Positions 18,570-28,477 of a stretch of DNA of 47,676 nt are shown here, piece after piece. A program made the translations under genes and the position numbers. The notes below the pieces were generated by a model. The model was not told where the DNA came from. It did not search any database and saw only the letters and a program-made list of their open reading frames with translations. The DNA is from Robiginitomaculum sp. (GTDB taxonomy: Bacteria > Pseudomonadota > Alphaproteobacteria > Caulobacterales > Maricaulaceae), in assembly GCA_036478975.1 (NCBI GenBank), contig JAZGFA010000013.1:1-47676 (forward strand), written 5' to 3'. The stretch's first letter is position 1. Each line of letters opens with the position of its first letter.

Positions 18570-19097
18570 CTAAGCTTTTGAAAGTGGCGGGAATTTAATC
18601 TTCCCAGCGCGCAGCTGTTTCTCATTCATAGCGTCGATGAGCAGGTCAGCGCGGCCCATATAATCGGCCATTACCGCCGCCCCCTTTGAGCTACCTGCAT
18701 CGGCTAGTAAGGTTTGCGACATAAGCGCCTGTAAATCATCCCCGCTTTCAAGGGCGGCCATATAGACCTTAGCCCGCGCATAAAACAGGGCTAGCATCGG
18801 CTTTATACGGCGTTTTATCCCCGTATCGGATAAACCTTCCTCGCGCATGGCGATATTGAAATCTTCGACCATCACGTCATAGAGCGCTTGGCTAAGCTGC
18901 TCCCCCGCCGCGCCGAATTTACGGGCCGCTTTCATGATAAAGGTCAGATGCAAGGTCAGTAGGTCAACCCGCCCGTCATAGCTATCGGCCACGCCAATGG
19001 AGCGGTAAAACTCTGGCAGGCGCGACTGGCTTAGGCACGCGGAATAGAGATTTGCCGCCGAAACATCCTCGGCCCTGCGTTTAAAAAGTCCCAGCAT
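18570..19097 (-). CDS. Ubiquinol-cytochrome c chaperone (Cbp3/UQCC1-like)
   Basis: QSR.P.FY...GV.DS.DGR.DLL.LH, AMREEGLSDTGI..RIK, FYARA..Y; divergent from bamE. Confidence 0.88.
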   Translation of the reverse strand: MLGLFKRRAEDVSAANLYSACLSQSRLPEFYRSIGVADSYDGRVDLLTLHLTFIMKAARKFGAAGEQLSQALYDVMVEDFNIAMREEGLSDTGIKRRIKPMLALFYARAKVYMAALESGDDLQALMSQTLLADAGSSKGAAVMADYMGRADLLIDAMNEKQLRAGKIKFPPLSKA

Positions 19098-19244
19098 AGT
19101 GCCTCTTATCTTCTTAGATTAGTCATCTCACTGTAGCTTTGCTGCCACAGATTATGAAATTGTGTTAAATGTCTGGCCTTCGCCCTTGCAAGCGCGCCCG
19201 TCCTTAGGTAGGTCATAGCAACCTTACGTCATATAGGAAGCGTT

Positions 19245-19751
19245 ATGAGTCGCGTCGTGCTAAAAACCATTGCAATTGCTAGTCTTTTTGCCAGTTTCGG
19301 CCTAACCGCCTGTAATCCAACCCTGCGTACCCATGGCTATGTCGCCACGGAAAATGACAAGCCCCAAGAAATAGAGCCCGGCGCGGACACCAAAGCCACC
19401 GTGCTTGCCCGCCTTGGTAACCCGTCTACGACCGGCACATTTGAGCAGGACACATGGTATTACATGACCAGCGTGCGCCAACGCCTCGCCTATCTACGCC
19501 CTATCACCGAAGAGCGCCAAATCACCGCCGTTGTCTTTAATGATGACGGGCAAGTGCAAGCGGTCGCCGAATATGGCCTAGAAGATGGACGCATTGTTGA
19601 TTTCGTTGGCCGCGAAACCCCAACACGCGGACGCCAAGTCTCCGTATTAGAGCAGATTTTCGGCACAATTGGCCGCCTGCCAACCGACCAGCTAACACGC
19701 GGTCAAAACGACATACCCGGGGGGGGCGGAAGCGGAAGCGGTCGGCGTTAA
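19245..19751 (+). CDS. bamE: Outer membrane protein assembly factor BamE
   Basis: Lipobox LTAC, HGY, VL.RLGNPS, WYY, TPTRGR...LEQIFG. Confidence 0.92.
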   Translation: MSRVVLKTIAIASLFASFGLTACNPTLRTHGYVATENDKPQEIEPGADTKATVLARLGNPSTTGTFEQDTWYYMTSVRQRLAYLRPITEERQITAVVFNDDGQVQAVAEYGLEDGRIVDFVGRETPTRGRQVSVLEQIFGTIGRLPTDQLTRGQNDIPGGGGSGSGRR

Positions 19752-19773
19752 TTACGCCCCCTTCCCCTTTCGC

Positions 19774-19816
19774 AAAAGCCTCGTTTCTTGATTTGCTCGA
19801 AACGGGGCTTTTTTTT
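19774..19816 (+). terminator. Intrinsic terminator of bamE
   Basis: aaaagcctcgtttc...gaaacggggc followed by an 8-T run. Confidence 0.8.
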
Positions 19817-19825
19817 ATTCTTATG

Positions 19826-19901
19826 GAGCTGAGTACATGCCAAGCGTTTCAAGAGAAACGCTCTTATGGTACTTATTGAAGCGAAACTGCGTTTCACTGT
19901 T
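19826..19901 (-). repeat. Two-hairpin intergenic repeat, copy C
   Basis: Shares agcgtttcaagagaaacgctctta exactly with copy B; second hairpin agcgaaac-tgc-gtttcact. Confidence 0.85.
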
Positions 19902-19903
19902 AC

Positions 19904-19931
19904 AAAAAACCCCGCACAATGGCGGGGCTTT
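19904..19931 (-). terminator. Intrinsic terminator of tig
   Basis: Minus strand ccccgc-cattgt-gcgggg-tttttt. Confidence 0.8.
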
Positions 19932-19943
19932 CCTATTTTTATA

Positions 19944-20020
19944 GAGCTGACACGTGCCAGCGTTTCAAGAGAAACGCTCTTACGGCATGTGTTGCAGTGA
20001 AAGCAAAGCTTTCACTGTGC
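19944..20020 (-). repeat. Two-hairpin intergenic repeat, copy B
   Basis: Plus strand acacgtgcc-agcgtttc-aaga-gaaacgct-cttac-ggcatgtgt and cagtgaaagc-aaa-gctttcactg; abuts the tig stop codon. Confidence 0.88.
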
Positions 20021-21361
20021 TTAAATCATGTCGTCTTCTTTAAACAGCTCGTCTTTACCGACTTCTTTGTCAGTAACCTTAGCCGCTTCGATGATGAGGT
20101 CGATGACCTTTTCTTCAAAGATTGGCGCGCGTAGGCCCGCAAGCTGTTCTGGGTTCTTTTGATAGAACTCAACCACTTGCTGTTCTTGGCCGGGATAGCG
20201 GCGCGCTTCGGCAATCATGGCTTGCTGAAGTTCTTCATTGGTAATTTCCACCTTGGCCTTAGCGCCCATTTCGGCGAGGACAAGACCGAGACGCACGCGG
20301 CGTTCGGCGATTTTGCGGTAATCTTTTTCAAGCGCCTTATCAGTTTTCTTCGCGTCTTCCGCGTCGAGCTGACCGGCTTCTTTTTCCTTCTGAACCTGCC
20401 CCCAAATCGCGTCAAACTCGGCTTTCACCATGTTTGGCGGAAGGTCAAAATCGTGTTTTTTGTCAAGCTGATCAAGGATAGCCCGCTTAAGCTTCATGCG
20501 AGACTGCTGGGCAATTTCGCCTTCGGCTTGGCTTGTAATAGCGTTTTTCAGCGCGGCCAAATCCGGCAGGCCGAATTTTGCGGCAAAGGCGTCGTCTATT
20601 ACGGCGTCCGTTTCGCCCTGAACTTCTAAAACCTCAGTTTCAAACACGGCTTCTTTGCCGGCGAGGTCTTTAGCTTGGTACTCGGCAGGGAAAGTCACGG
20701 TGACGTCTTTTTTGTCGCCGGCCTTTACGCCAATAAGCTGGTCTTCAAAACCCGGGATAAAGCTATCGGAGCCGAGGACAAGCTGATGGCCGTCCATTGC
20801 GCCGCCGTCAAAAGCTTCACCGGCTACGCGGCCAATAAAGTTGATGAGAACCGCATCACCTTTTTTCGCCTTAGCGGTCTTAGCTTTTTTCTTATAACTC
20901 TTTTGGCCTTCGCCAAGGGTCGCCATGCGCTCATCAATGTCTTTTTCGTCAGCCTTCATGGTCAGGCGCGTAAGCTTAAGCTTAGACGGGTCGGCCGGCT
21001 CAAATTCTGGGATAAGCTCAACGGAGAGCTTATAGTTTAAATCCGCGTCGCCCGTGGCAAGTTTTTCGCCGTCGGACAGCAATTCAATGCTTGGCTGAAC
21101 CGCCGCGCGCAAGGATTTGTCAGCGATGAGCTTTTGGCTCGTCTGCGTGACCGTTTCTTGGATAACGTCGCCCATAATGGACTTGCCAAACATTTTACGA
21201 ATGTGAGAAGCGGGCACTTTGCCGGGGCGAAAACCCTTAAGCGTTACTTCGCCTTTCATCTCTTCGATTTTAGCCGTTAATTTGCCGGCCATATCTTTAG
21301 CGGTGACAGTCACCTCGTAAACATGGCTTAAGCCCTTGATTTCAATATCTTTTATTTGCAT
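20021..21361 (-). CDS. tig: Trigger factor
   Basis: GFRPGKVP signature, FKBP domain (FDGG, FIPGFEDQL), AERRVRLGL; alternative ATG at 21373. Confidence 0.97.
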   Translation of the reverse strand: MQIKDIEIKGLSHVYEVTVTAKDMAGKLTAKIEEMKGEVTLKGFRPGKVPASHIRKMFGKSIMGDVIQETVTQTSQKLIADKSLRAAVQPSIELLSDGEKLATGDADLNYKLSVELIPEFEPADPSKLKLTRLTMKADEKDIDERMATLGEGQKSYKKKAKTAKAKKGDAVLINFIGRVAGEAFDGGAMDGHQLVLGSDSFIPGFEDQLIGVKAGDKKDVTVTFPAEYQAKDLAGKEAVFETEVLEVQGETDAVIDDAFAAKFGLPDLAALKNAITSQAEGEIAQQSRMKLKRAILDQLDKKHDFDLPPNMVKAEFDAIWGQVQKEKEAGQLDAEDAKKTDKALEKDYRKIAERRVRLGLVLAEMGAKAKVEITNEELQQAMIAEARRYPGQEQQVVEFYQKNPEQLAGLRAPIFEEKVIDLIIEAAKVTDKEVGKDELFKEDDMI

Positions 21362-21649
21362 TGTTGCATCCATTGTCAAAGCGCTCGAAAGGCCTGTAAG
21401 TCACAGGTGAATCACGGCTAGAGCGCAGGTCAGAATCCGTAAGTGCCGCCTTATGTCAGACAATAGGCGCGGACGCAATACAGCTTATGCTATAAGCGGT
21501 TTTTTTACGCGATTAAGACGCGGCGGGCGGCCCAGATAAGACGCCTTTGGTCATATTTCGGCGATTATCCGCAAATTTAAGTAAACTTGCGGTTACATGG
21601 CTTTGAAATTTACGCTAGAAACCTCTCAAGTTTAACTAGGAGAATCCCC

Positions 21650-22759
21650 ATGAAATCACGCGCCGCTGTAGCCTTTGAAGTCGGAGCCCCCCTCGAAGTC
21701 GTCGAAGTTGACGTAGAGGGGCCACAAGCCGGCGAAGTGCTTGTCGAAATTAAAGCGACAGGCATTTGCCACACGGACGCGTTCACCCTGTCCGGCGATG
21801 ATCCTGAAGGCGCGTTTCCGGCTATCCTAGGCCATGAGGGCGCGGGCATTGTGCGTGAAGTCGGCGCGGGGGTTACATCCCTAAAGCCCGGCGATCACGT
21901 TATCCCGCTCTACACCGCAGAGTGCCGCGAATGTGATTATTGCCTGCACCCAAAAACCAATCTGTGCCAAAGCGTACGCGCAACCCAGGGCCAAGGCCTT
22001 ATGCCCAATGGCACGTCGCGCTTTAGCTATAAAGGCAAGCCTATCCTGCATTATATGGGCTGCTCTACCTTCTCTAATTTCACCGTATTGCCGGAAGTAT
22101 CCCTCGCGAAAATCCGCAAAGACGCGCCATTTGATAAAGCCTGCTATATTGGCTGCGGCGTCACGACGGGCGTTGGCGCGGTTATCTATACGGCCAAGGT
22201 CGAAGCCAATACGCGCTGCGTCGTGTTCGGCCTCGGCGGCATTGGCCTTAACGTCATTCAAGGCCTGAAAATGGTTGGCTGTAAGCAAATCGTCGGCGTT
22301 GACCTTAACCCCGCCCGCGAAGCCATGGCGCGTAAATTCGGCATGACCGATTTCGTCAACCCGAAAGACATTAAGGGCGACCTCACCGGCCATATCGTCG
22401 AAATCACCGGCGGCGGCGCGGATTACACATTTGAATGTATCGGCAATGTCGACGTCATGCGCGTGGCGCTAGAGTCCTGCCATAAGGGCTGGGGCGAGAG
22501 CATTATCGTCGGCGTCGCCGGAGCCGGCAAAGAAATCTCCACCCGCCCCTTCCAGCTCGTCACAGGCCGTAGCTGGCGCGGCACAGCGTTCGGCGGCGCG
22601 CGCGGCCGCACGGACGTTCCCTCTATCGTCGACATGTACATGGATGGTCGCATCCAAATCGACCCTCTTATAACCCACAAAATGGGCATTGAAGACATCA
22701 ACAAAGCCTTCGATTTAATGCATGCGGGCGAGAGTATAAGGTCAGTTGTGGAGTTTTAG
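21650..22759 (+). CDS. frmA: S-(hydroxymethyl)glutathione dehydrogenase / class III alcohol dehydrogenase
   Basis: GICHTD, GHEGAG, four-Cys structural Zn site, [16 protein letters not shown]; AGGAG RBS before the ATG at 21650. Confidence 0.96.
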   Translation: MKSRAAVAFEVGAPLEVVEVDVEGPQAGEVLVEIKATGICHTDAFTLSGDDPEGAFPAILGHEGAGIVREVGAGVTSLKPGDHVIPLYTAECRECDYCLHPKTNLCQSVRATQGQGLMPNGTSRFSYKGKPILHYMGCSTFSNFTVLPEVSLAKIRKDAPFDKACYIGCGVTTGVGAVIYTAKVEANTRCVVFGLGGIGLNVIQGLKMVGCKQIVGVDLNPAREAMARKFGMTDFVNPKDIKGDLTGHIVEITGGGADYTFECIGNVDVMRVALESCHKGWGESIIVGVAGAGKEISTRPFQLVTGRSWRGTAFGGARGRTDVPSIVDMYMDGRIQIDPLITHKMGIEDINKAFDLMHAGESIRSVVEF

Positions 22760-22761
22760 GG

Positions 22762-23007
22762 ATGCTTTGCAATATTATTGACGCATGGGATAACCCCTAT
22801 AAATGGGCAAAGCTCAACGCAGTTATTGAGAACACATCCCACGACAACGGCATTGAGGCATCTGACCATAGCGAAGCACCGGATTGCGGCGGCATTGTAT
22901 TTGAATGCAGGTATAACATTTCTCTCAACGAAGCAATTATCTGGGCAGAGTCTCAAAAATTCCCAGTAACACTATTTTTATATGATGAAGGAATCGGCGT
23001 AGGATGA
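22762..23007 (+). CDS. Small acidic hypothetical protein between frmA and fghA
   Basis: Starts 2 nt after the frmA stop, ATGA overlap with fghA, visibly AT-richer than its neighbours. Confidence 0.6.
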   Translation: MLCNIIDAWDNPYKWAKLNAVIENTSHDNGIEASDHSEAPDCGGIVFECRYNISLNEAIIWAESQKFPVTLFLYDEGIGVG

Positions 23008-23840
23008 CCAAACAAATCAGTGAAAATAAGATGTATGGCGGGACGCAATATGTGTTTGAGCATGAATCTGAGGCTAATGGGTGTGCTATGCGGGTGGGGG
23101 TGTTTATGCCGCCGCAGGCTAAGGCGGGGGCCAAGCTCCCAGCCCTGATTTATTTGTCCGGGCTTACCTGCACGGAGCAAAATTTTGTCACGAAGGGCTA
23201 CGCCCAAAAACTGGCGGCGGAGCTGGGCGTGATTATTGTTGCGCCGGACACAAGCCCGCGCGGCGATGATGTGCCCGACACGGAAGATCAATATGATTTT
23301 GGTAAGGGGGCGGGGTTTTACCTCGACGCGACGCAAAAGCCTTGGGCGAAGAATTTCAACATGGAAACCTATATCACGCGCGAACTAACCGAATGGATGA
23401 AGGCTGACCCATGCCTTGACCCAGAGCGCATCGGCATTTTCGGCCATAGCATGGGCGGGCACGGCGCCTTGACCCTGCATCTTAAAAATCCAGAGCTATT
23501 TAAGACCTGCTCAGCCTTTGCGCCCATCGTTGCGCCTAGCCAGGTGCCGTGGGGCCAAAAGGCTCTGTCGGGCTATCTGGGCGATGATAAAGAGACATGG
23601 ATGGCCTATGACGCGACGGCTCTGGTGGAGCAATCGCCAAGCAAGGCGCATATCCTGATTGACCAAGGCACGGGCGATCAATTCCTCACCGAGCATTTAC
23701 GCCCGGAGCTTTTTAAGGCGGCCTGCATGGCGGCGGGGCAAAAACTGACCCTGCGTATGCAAGAGGGTTATGACCATAGCTATTATTTCATGGCCAGCTT
23801 TATGGAAGACCATATTCGCCATCACATGGACACATTATAA
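23004..23840 (+). CDS. fghA: S-formylglutathione hydrolase
   Basis: LSGLTC, PDTSPRG, GAGFYLDAT, GHSMGGHGAL, GYDHSYYF. Confidence 0.96.
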   Translation: MTKQISENKMYGGTQYVFEHESEANGCAMRVGVFMPPQAKAGAKLPALIYLSGLTCTEQNFVTKGYAQKLAAELGVIIVAPDTSPRGDDVPDTEDQYDFGKGAGFYLDATQKPWAKNFNMETYITRELTEWMKADPCLDPERIGIFGHSMGGHGALTLHLKNPELFKTCSAFAPIVAPSQVPWGQKALSGYLGDDKETWMAYDATALVEQSPSKAHILIDQGTGDQFLTEHLRPELFKAACMAAGQKLTLRMQEGYDHSYYFMASFMEDHIRHHMDTL

Positions 23841-23853
23841 AATTTAGAAAAGT

Positions 23854-23920
23854 GGGCGGACATATCGTATTGGGAGCAGATGTGGGGCAACTTTCCGCAA
23901 TTCCGATATGTCCTATGCCC
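23854..23920. repeat. Imperfect inverted repeat / stem-loop downstream of fghA
   Basis: gggc-ggacatatcg (23854-23867) ... cgatatgtcc-tat-gccc (23904-23920). Confidence 0.5.
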
Positions 23921-24116
23921 TAATACATTATCTCATGAGAGTAACGCGAAAGAGCAATTCCGCGCCCCCCATAGCAAATGGGCGGAATAGGTAAAGCCTA
24001 AAAACGCAGTTTTATACGCACTTTCTTGCATATGGTAAACGCGCAAGCAACTCAAAATAGAGTTTCATCCCCAAGCTTTCCTTGACCCTTTCTTATTTAC
24101 GCGCTTTAAGCGCTTT

Positions 24117-24469
24117 GGATCAGGGGGCTGGGCGATCGCAGATGCTTGCATTTGAGGAAAGTCCGGGCTCCAGAAAAACAGGATGCCGGGTAATGCCCGG
24201 CCAGAGAAATCTGAGGGACAGTGCCACAGAAAGGAAACCGCCTTGCTTGCAAGGTAAGGATGAAAGGGTGCGGTAAGAGCGCACCGCGGCTTTGGCAACA
24301 CGGCCGGCAAGGTAAACCCCATCCGGAGCAAGACCAAATAGGGATAGCATTTGGGGCGTTTTTCCCCTGCTATCCGGGTAGGTCGCGTCAGGTTTATGGC
24401 AACATAAATCGCAGAGGAATGATCGTCACTCGCAAGAGGACAGAACCCGGCTTACAGGCCCCCTGATCC
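24117..24469 (+). ncRNA. rnpB: RNase P RNA, type A
   Basis: GAGGAAAGTCCGGGCTCC, AGTGCCACAGAAA, GGTAAACCCC, ACAGAACCCGGCTTA; P1 ggatcagggggc / gccccctgatcc. Confidence 0.97.
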
Positions 24470-24570
24470 CTACAGCCCCGCCCGAATGTGTCAGCAGGTT
24501 TATGGTGGCCATTGCTATTTTCAGGCAAATTTGCCATCACCTTATCTCACCCTTAATTTGAAGATTTTTC

Positions 24571-27444
24571 ATGGCCAGTCATAAATTTATCAAAGTGCGC
24601 GGCGCGCGTATGCATAACCTTAAAAACGTCGATGTGGATTTGCCGCGCGACAAGTTGATTGTCATTACTGGCCTGTCCGGATCGGGTAAATCGTCGCTCG
24701 CCTTTGATACGATTTACGCCGAAGGCCAGCGCCGCTATGTGGAGAGCCTATCCGCCTATGCGCGCCAATTCCTAGAATTACAGCAAAAGCCCGATGTCGA
24801 TAGCATTGAAGGCCTGTCGCCGGCCATTTCAATTGAGCAGAAAACCACCTCGCGCAATCCGCGTTCCACGGTCGGCACGGTGACGGAAATTTACGACTAT
24901 ATGCGGCTTTTGTGGGCGCGCATTGGCGTGCCCTATTCGCCGGCCACGGGCAAGCCGATTGAGAGCCAGAGCGTCGCGCAAATGGTCGATATTACTATGG
25001 CGCTGCCGGCGGGCACAAAGCTTTACATCCTCGCCCCCTTTGTGCGCGGGCGGAAGGGGGAGCATCGCAAGGAGCTAGCCCAGTTCATGAAGGACGGCTT
25101 TCAGCGCGCCAAAATTGACGGCGAGTTTTGCCGCATAGAGGACGCCCCTGCCCTTGATAAGAAATTCAAACATGACATTGATATTGTCATTGACCGCATC
25201 GTCATAAAGCCCGGATTAGAAACCCGCCTTGCCGATAGTTTTGAAACCGCCCTGCGCCTGTCGGACGGGTTAGCCGTGGCGGAATATGCTGACGAAAGTG
25301 CGAAACGCGTTTTGTTTTCGGCAAAATTCGCCTGCCCCGTATCCGGCTTCACCCTGTCGGAAATAGAGCCGCGCCTGTTCTCATTTAACAACCCCCACGG
25401 GGCCTGCCCAAATTGTGACGGCCTAGGCAAAGAGCTGCATTTTGACCCGGCCCTCGTCGTGCCAGACAGAACCAAAAGCCTATCTAAGGGCGCGCTTGCC
25501 GCATGGCCTAATAAGGCGAGTGGGCTATATATGCAGACCCTCAAAGCCATTGGAAAAGCCTATAAATTCTCCCTCGACACGGCGTGGGAAAAACTGTCTG
25601 ACGGAGCCAAGGACGTGGTGCTTTACGGCACGCAGGGCGCCAAAATTAAATTCGTCTACCAAGATGAAGGCCGTAAATACGAAACCAAAAAGCCCTTTGA
25701 AGGGGTCATCCCCAATTTGGCGCGGCGCTTTCGCGATACGGACAGCACATGGATGCGCGACGAGCTGAGTAAATATCAATCGGACGCCCGCTGCACCGTA
25801 TGTGAGGGTAAGCGCCTGCGCCCCGAAAGCCTATGCGTGAAAATCGATATGATGGACATTTCCGAAACCGGAGAAATGTCCATTCGCGACGCCCAAGCGC
25901 GGTTTGAAAAACTCGGCCAAGACCTATCGCCCAAGGACATGGAAATCGCCGATAGAATCCTTAAGGAAATCCGAGAGCGCCTGACATTTCTTAATGCGGT
26001 CGGCCTTGATTATCTTACCCTTGGGCGCGGCTCTGGTTCCCTGTCGGGCGGAGAGAGCCAGCGCATTCGCCTTGCTTCGCAAATTGGCTCTGGCCTGACC
26101 GGCGTGTTATACGTGCTTGATGAGCCGAGCATTGGCCTGCACCAACGCGACAATGAGCGCCTGCTTGAAACCCTGCAAAACCTACGAGATTTGGGCAATA
26201 CGGTGATTGTGGTAGAGCATGATGAGGACGCTATTTTAACCGCTGATTATGTGGTTGATATGGGGCCGCTCGCTGGAGTTCACGGCGGCGAAGTTATTGC
26301 GGCCGGCACGCCCGCTAAAATCAAATCAAGCCGCAAATCCCTGACGGCGAAATATCTTACGGGCAAAAAAGAAATCAAAGGCCCGGCCACGCGCCGAGAA
26401 CCGGACGGGCGCTCCATCACCATTAAAGGGGCGAGCGGCAATAATTTAAAAAACGTCACGGCGGAGTTCCCGCTCGGCCTGATGACTTGCGTTACCGGCG
26501 TGTCGGGCGGCGGTAAATCCACCCTTGTGATTGAGACCCTCTACAAGGCGGCGGCGCGTAAGCTCAACAATAATTCCAACAAGCCCATGCCCCATGACAG
26601 CGTCGAAGGGTTTGAGCGCCTCGACAAAGTTATCGACATCAACCAATCGCCGATTGGCCGCACGCCGCGCTCTAACCCCGCGACCTATACGGGCGCGTTC
26701 ACCCCGATACGCGACTGGTTTGCCGGCCTGCCTGAGTCCAAAACCCGCGGCTATAAATCTGGCCGTTTCAGCTTTAACGTCAAGGGCGGGCGCTGCGAGG
26801 CCTGCCAAGGCGGCGGCGTCATTAAAATCGAAATGCACTTTTTGCCGGACGTGTATGTCACTTGCGATATGTGCAAGGGCGCGCGTTATAACCGCGAAAC
26901 CCTGGAGATTAAATTTAAGGGCAAATCCATCGCCGATATTCTGGCGATGAATATCGAAGAAGCGGCGCTGTTCTTTAAAGCCGTGCCAACCATTCGCGAT
27001 AAACTGGTCACCCTAGAGCGGGTTGGCCTTGGCTATTTGCAAGTGGGCCAGCAAGCCACCACATTATCCGGCGGTGAGGCCCAGCGGGTCAAGCTCGCCA
27101 AGGAGCTGTCCAAACGCGCCACGGGCCGCACGCTCTATATTCTTGATGAGCCGACGACAGGTCTGCATTTTGAGGACGTCAATAAATTGCTCGAAGTGCT
27201 GCAAGAATTAGTCTCCACAGGCAATACGATGATTGTGATTGAGCATAATCTCGACGTGGTGAAAACCGCCGACTGGATTATCGACATTGGCCCTGAAGGC
27301 GGAGATGGCGGCGGAGAAATCGTTGCTATCGGCACGCCGCAAGACATCGCCAAATCCAAGGCAAGCTGGACCGGGCGTTATCTTAAACCGATTTTAAAAC
27401 GCGACGCGGATCGGGCCAAAGCGCGGCTTAAGGGTAAGGCCTAA
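24571..27444 (+). CDS. uvrA: Excinuclease ABC subunit A
   Basis: [56 protein letters not shown] and Zn fingers. Confidence 0.98.
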   Translation: MASHKFIKVRGARMHNLKNVDVDLPRDKLIVITGLSGSGKSSLAFDTIYAEGQRRYVESLSAYARQFLELQQKPDVDSIEGLSPAISIEQKTTSRNPRSTVGTVTEIYDYMRLLWARIGVPYSPATGKPIESQSVAQMVDITMALPAGTKLYILAPFVRGRKGEHRKELAQFMKDGFQRAKIDGEFCRIEDAPALDKKFKHDIDIVIDRIVIKPGLETRLADSFETALRLSDGLAVAEYADESAKRVLFSAKFACPVSGFTLSEIEPRLFSFNNPHGACPNCDGLGKELHFDPALVVPDRTKSLSKGALAAWPNKASGLYMQTLKAIGKAYKFSLDTAWEKLSDGAKDVVLYGTQGAKIKFVYQDEGRKYETKKPFEGVIPNLARRFRDTDSTWMRDELSKYQSDARCTVCEGKRLRPESLCVKIDMMDISETGEMSIRDAQARFEKLGQDLSPKDMEIADRILKEIRERLTFLNAVGLDYLTLGRGSGSLSGGESQRIRLASQIGSGLTGVLYVLDEPSIGLHQRDNERLLETLQNLRDLGNTVIVVEHDEDAILTADYVVDMGPLAGVHGGEVIAAGTPAKIKSSRKSLTAKYLTGKKEIKGPATRREPDGRSITIKGASGNNLKNVTAEFPLGLMTCVTGVSGGGKSTLVIETLYKAAARKLNNNSNKPMPHDSVEGFERLDKVIDINQSPIGRTPRSNPATYTGAFTPIRDWFAGLPESKTRGYKSGRFSFNVKGGRCEACQGGGVIKIEMHFLPDVYVTCDMCKGARYNRETLEIKFKGKSIADILAMNIEEAALFFKAVPTIRDKLVTLERVGLGYLQVGQQATTLSGGEAQRVKLAKELSKRATGRTLYILDEPTTGLHFEDVNKLLEVLQELVSTGNTMIVIEHNLDVVKTADWIIDIGPEGGDGGGEIVAIGTPQDIAKSKASWTGRYLKPILKRDADRAKARLKGKA

Positions 27445-27446
27445 TC

Positions 27447-28448
27447 CTAGTCGGCGAACACGTCTGAAATATCCGGCCCGCCGCCCTGTTTTAACTTTGT
27501 CACATGCGCGCCGGAAGCCGCGTAGCATAAGGTAGCCACGCTGCCCAAAAGGGTGAGCAAGAACAGCGCAATGCTGCCGCCAATGACCACAAGAGGTGAC
27601 GTTAATAGGCTTTTAACAAGCGCCATTGCCTCCTCTTCATTCGCCCCTTCAAATTTAGACAGCTCACCGATACTGCCCGTGAAAATCACGCCCATACTGC
27701 CATAAATAAGGATTTGCTGTACAATATAGCTAATGAAAAACACAACGATTACGCTTAAAAGAATCCACCAAAAATAGCCCTTTGAACTTGCCCAGCCCTC
27801 ACCTACGGCGATGCGTTTTTTCAGATAGCTCGTCGCGACAATCGGTTTAACCCGCACGAGTCCGTAGATAAAAAAGCAAAGTGCGGCAATCGCGCCTAGG
27901 CCGCCTAAAAGGCCAAAGATTCCTGCTAAGACTCCGCTATCACTTAGCCCAGCGGCGCCAATAAGAATCACAACTACAATCGCTATGGCGAAATAGCCCA
28001 AAATTATGACCCCGAATACAATCAAGCCCACTACAATACGCGTAAGGGCAACGCGCCACATATCGCCGTCAAATTTCAAGGGAAAACCTCGCACGTCTTC
28101 GTTCGTTAAATACTGCTTAAACATTGCTGACAAAGCGCTAGAGCTTACCAAAAACATGGGTATGGAGATAAGCAGCATAATCGCGGCAAGTTTGAAATAA
28201 AACCCCATCATAGACATCACTATCCCCGCGCCATAATCCGCATCGACATTTTCCATCGCTTCAATAAATTCCGGAAACTTTGAAATCATCGGCAGGCACA
28301 GTAAAATCGCGAATAAGCTCAGCGCCGTATTTATCAAAGTTTGCCAGCCGACAATCCGGATAAATAATTTGTTTTTAAGCGAAAACGGCAGAAACGTCCC
28401 TTGAACGAAGTCATAAGGCGGGCGAGTGTGTGGTGATGGCGTTGTCAT
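27447..28448 (-). CDS. Multi-pass membrane protein of unknown function (paralog of 28478-29461)
   Basis: About 6 hydrophobic segments; shares PxDF...PF, GD..V.L, R..P and SKG.FW.I motifs with its neighbour. Confidence 0.8.
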   Translation of the reverse strand: MTTPSPHTRPPYDFVQGTFLPFSLKNKLFIRIVGWQTLINTALSLFAILLCLPMISKFPEFIEAMENVDADYGAGIVMSMMGFYFKLAAIMLLISIPMFLVSSSALSAMFKQYLTNEDVRGFPLKFDGDMWRVALTRIVVGLIVFGVIILGYFAIAIVVVILIGAAGLSDSGVLAGIFGLLGGLGAIAALCFFIYGLVRVKPIVATSYLKKRIAVGEGWASSKGYFWWILLSVIVVFFISYIVQQILIYGSMGVIFTGSIGELSKFEGANEEEAMALVKSLLTSPLVVIGGSIALFLLTLLGSVATLCYAASGAHVTKLKQGGGPDISDVFAD

Positions 28449-28477
28449 AATGTCTCCGGATTAAATTATAATAGTGA

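Noticed and set aside
19826-20020. Direct repeats as a CRISPR mini-array
   Set aside because: Only two ~75-nt units, the interval holds a terminator, no cas genes, and a third copy lies 7 kb away
21380-21649. tRNA-Leu or a riboswitch upstream of tig or frmA
   Set aside because: No cloverleaf or recognisable aptamer; only a modest hairpin gcgctc...gagcgc
24065-24466. Several short ORFs over this interval
   Set aside because: They overlap the RNase P RNA gene
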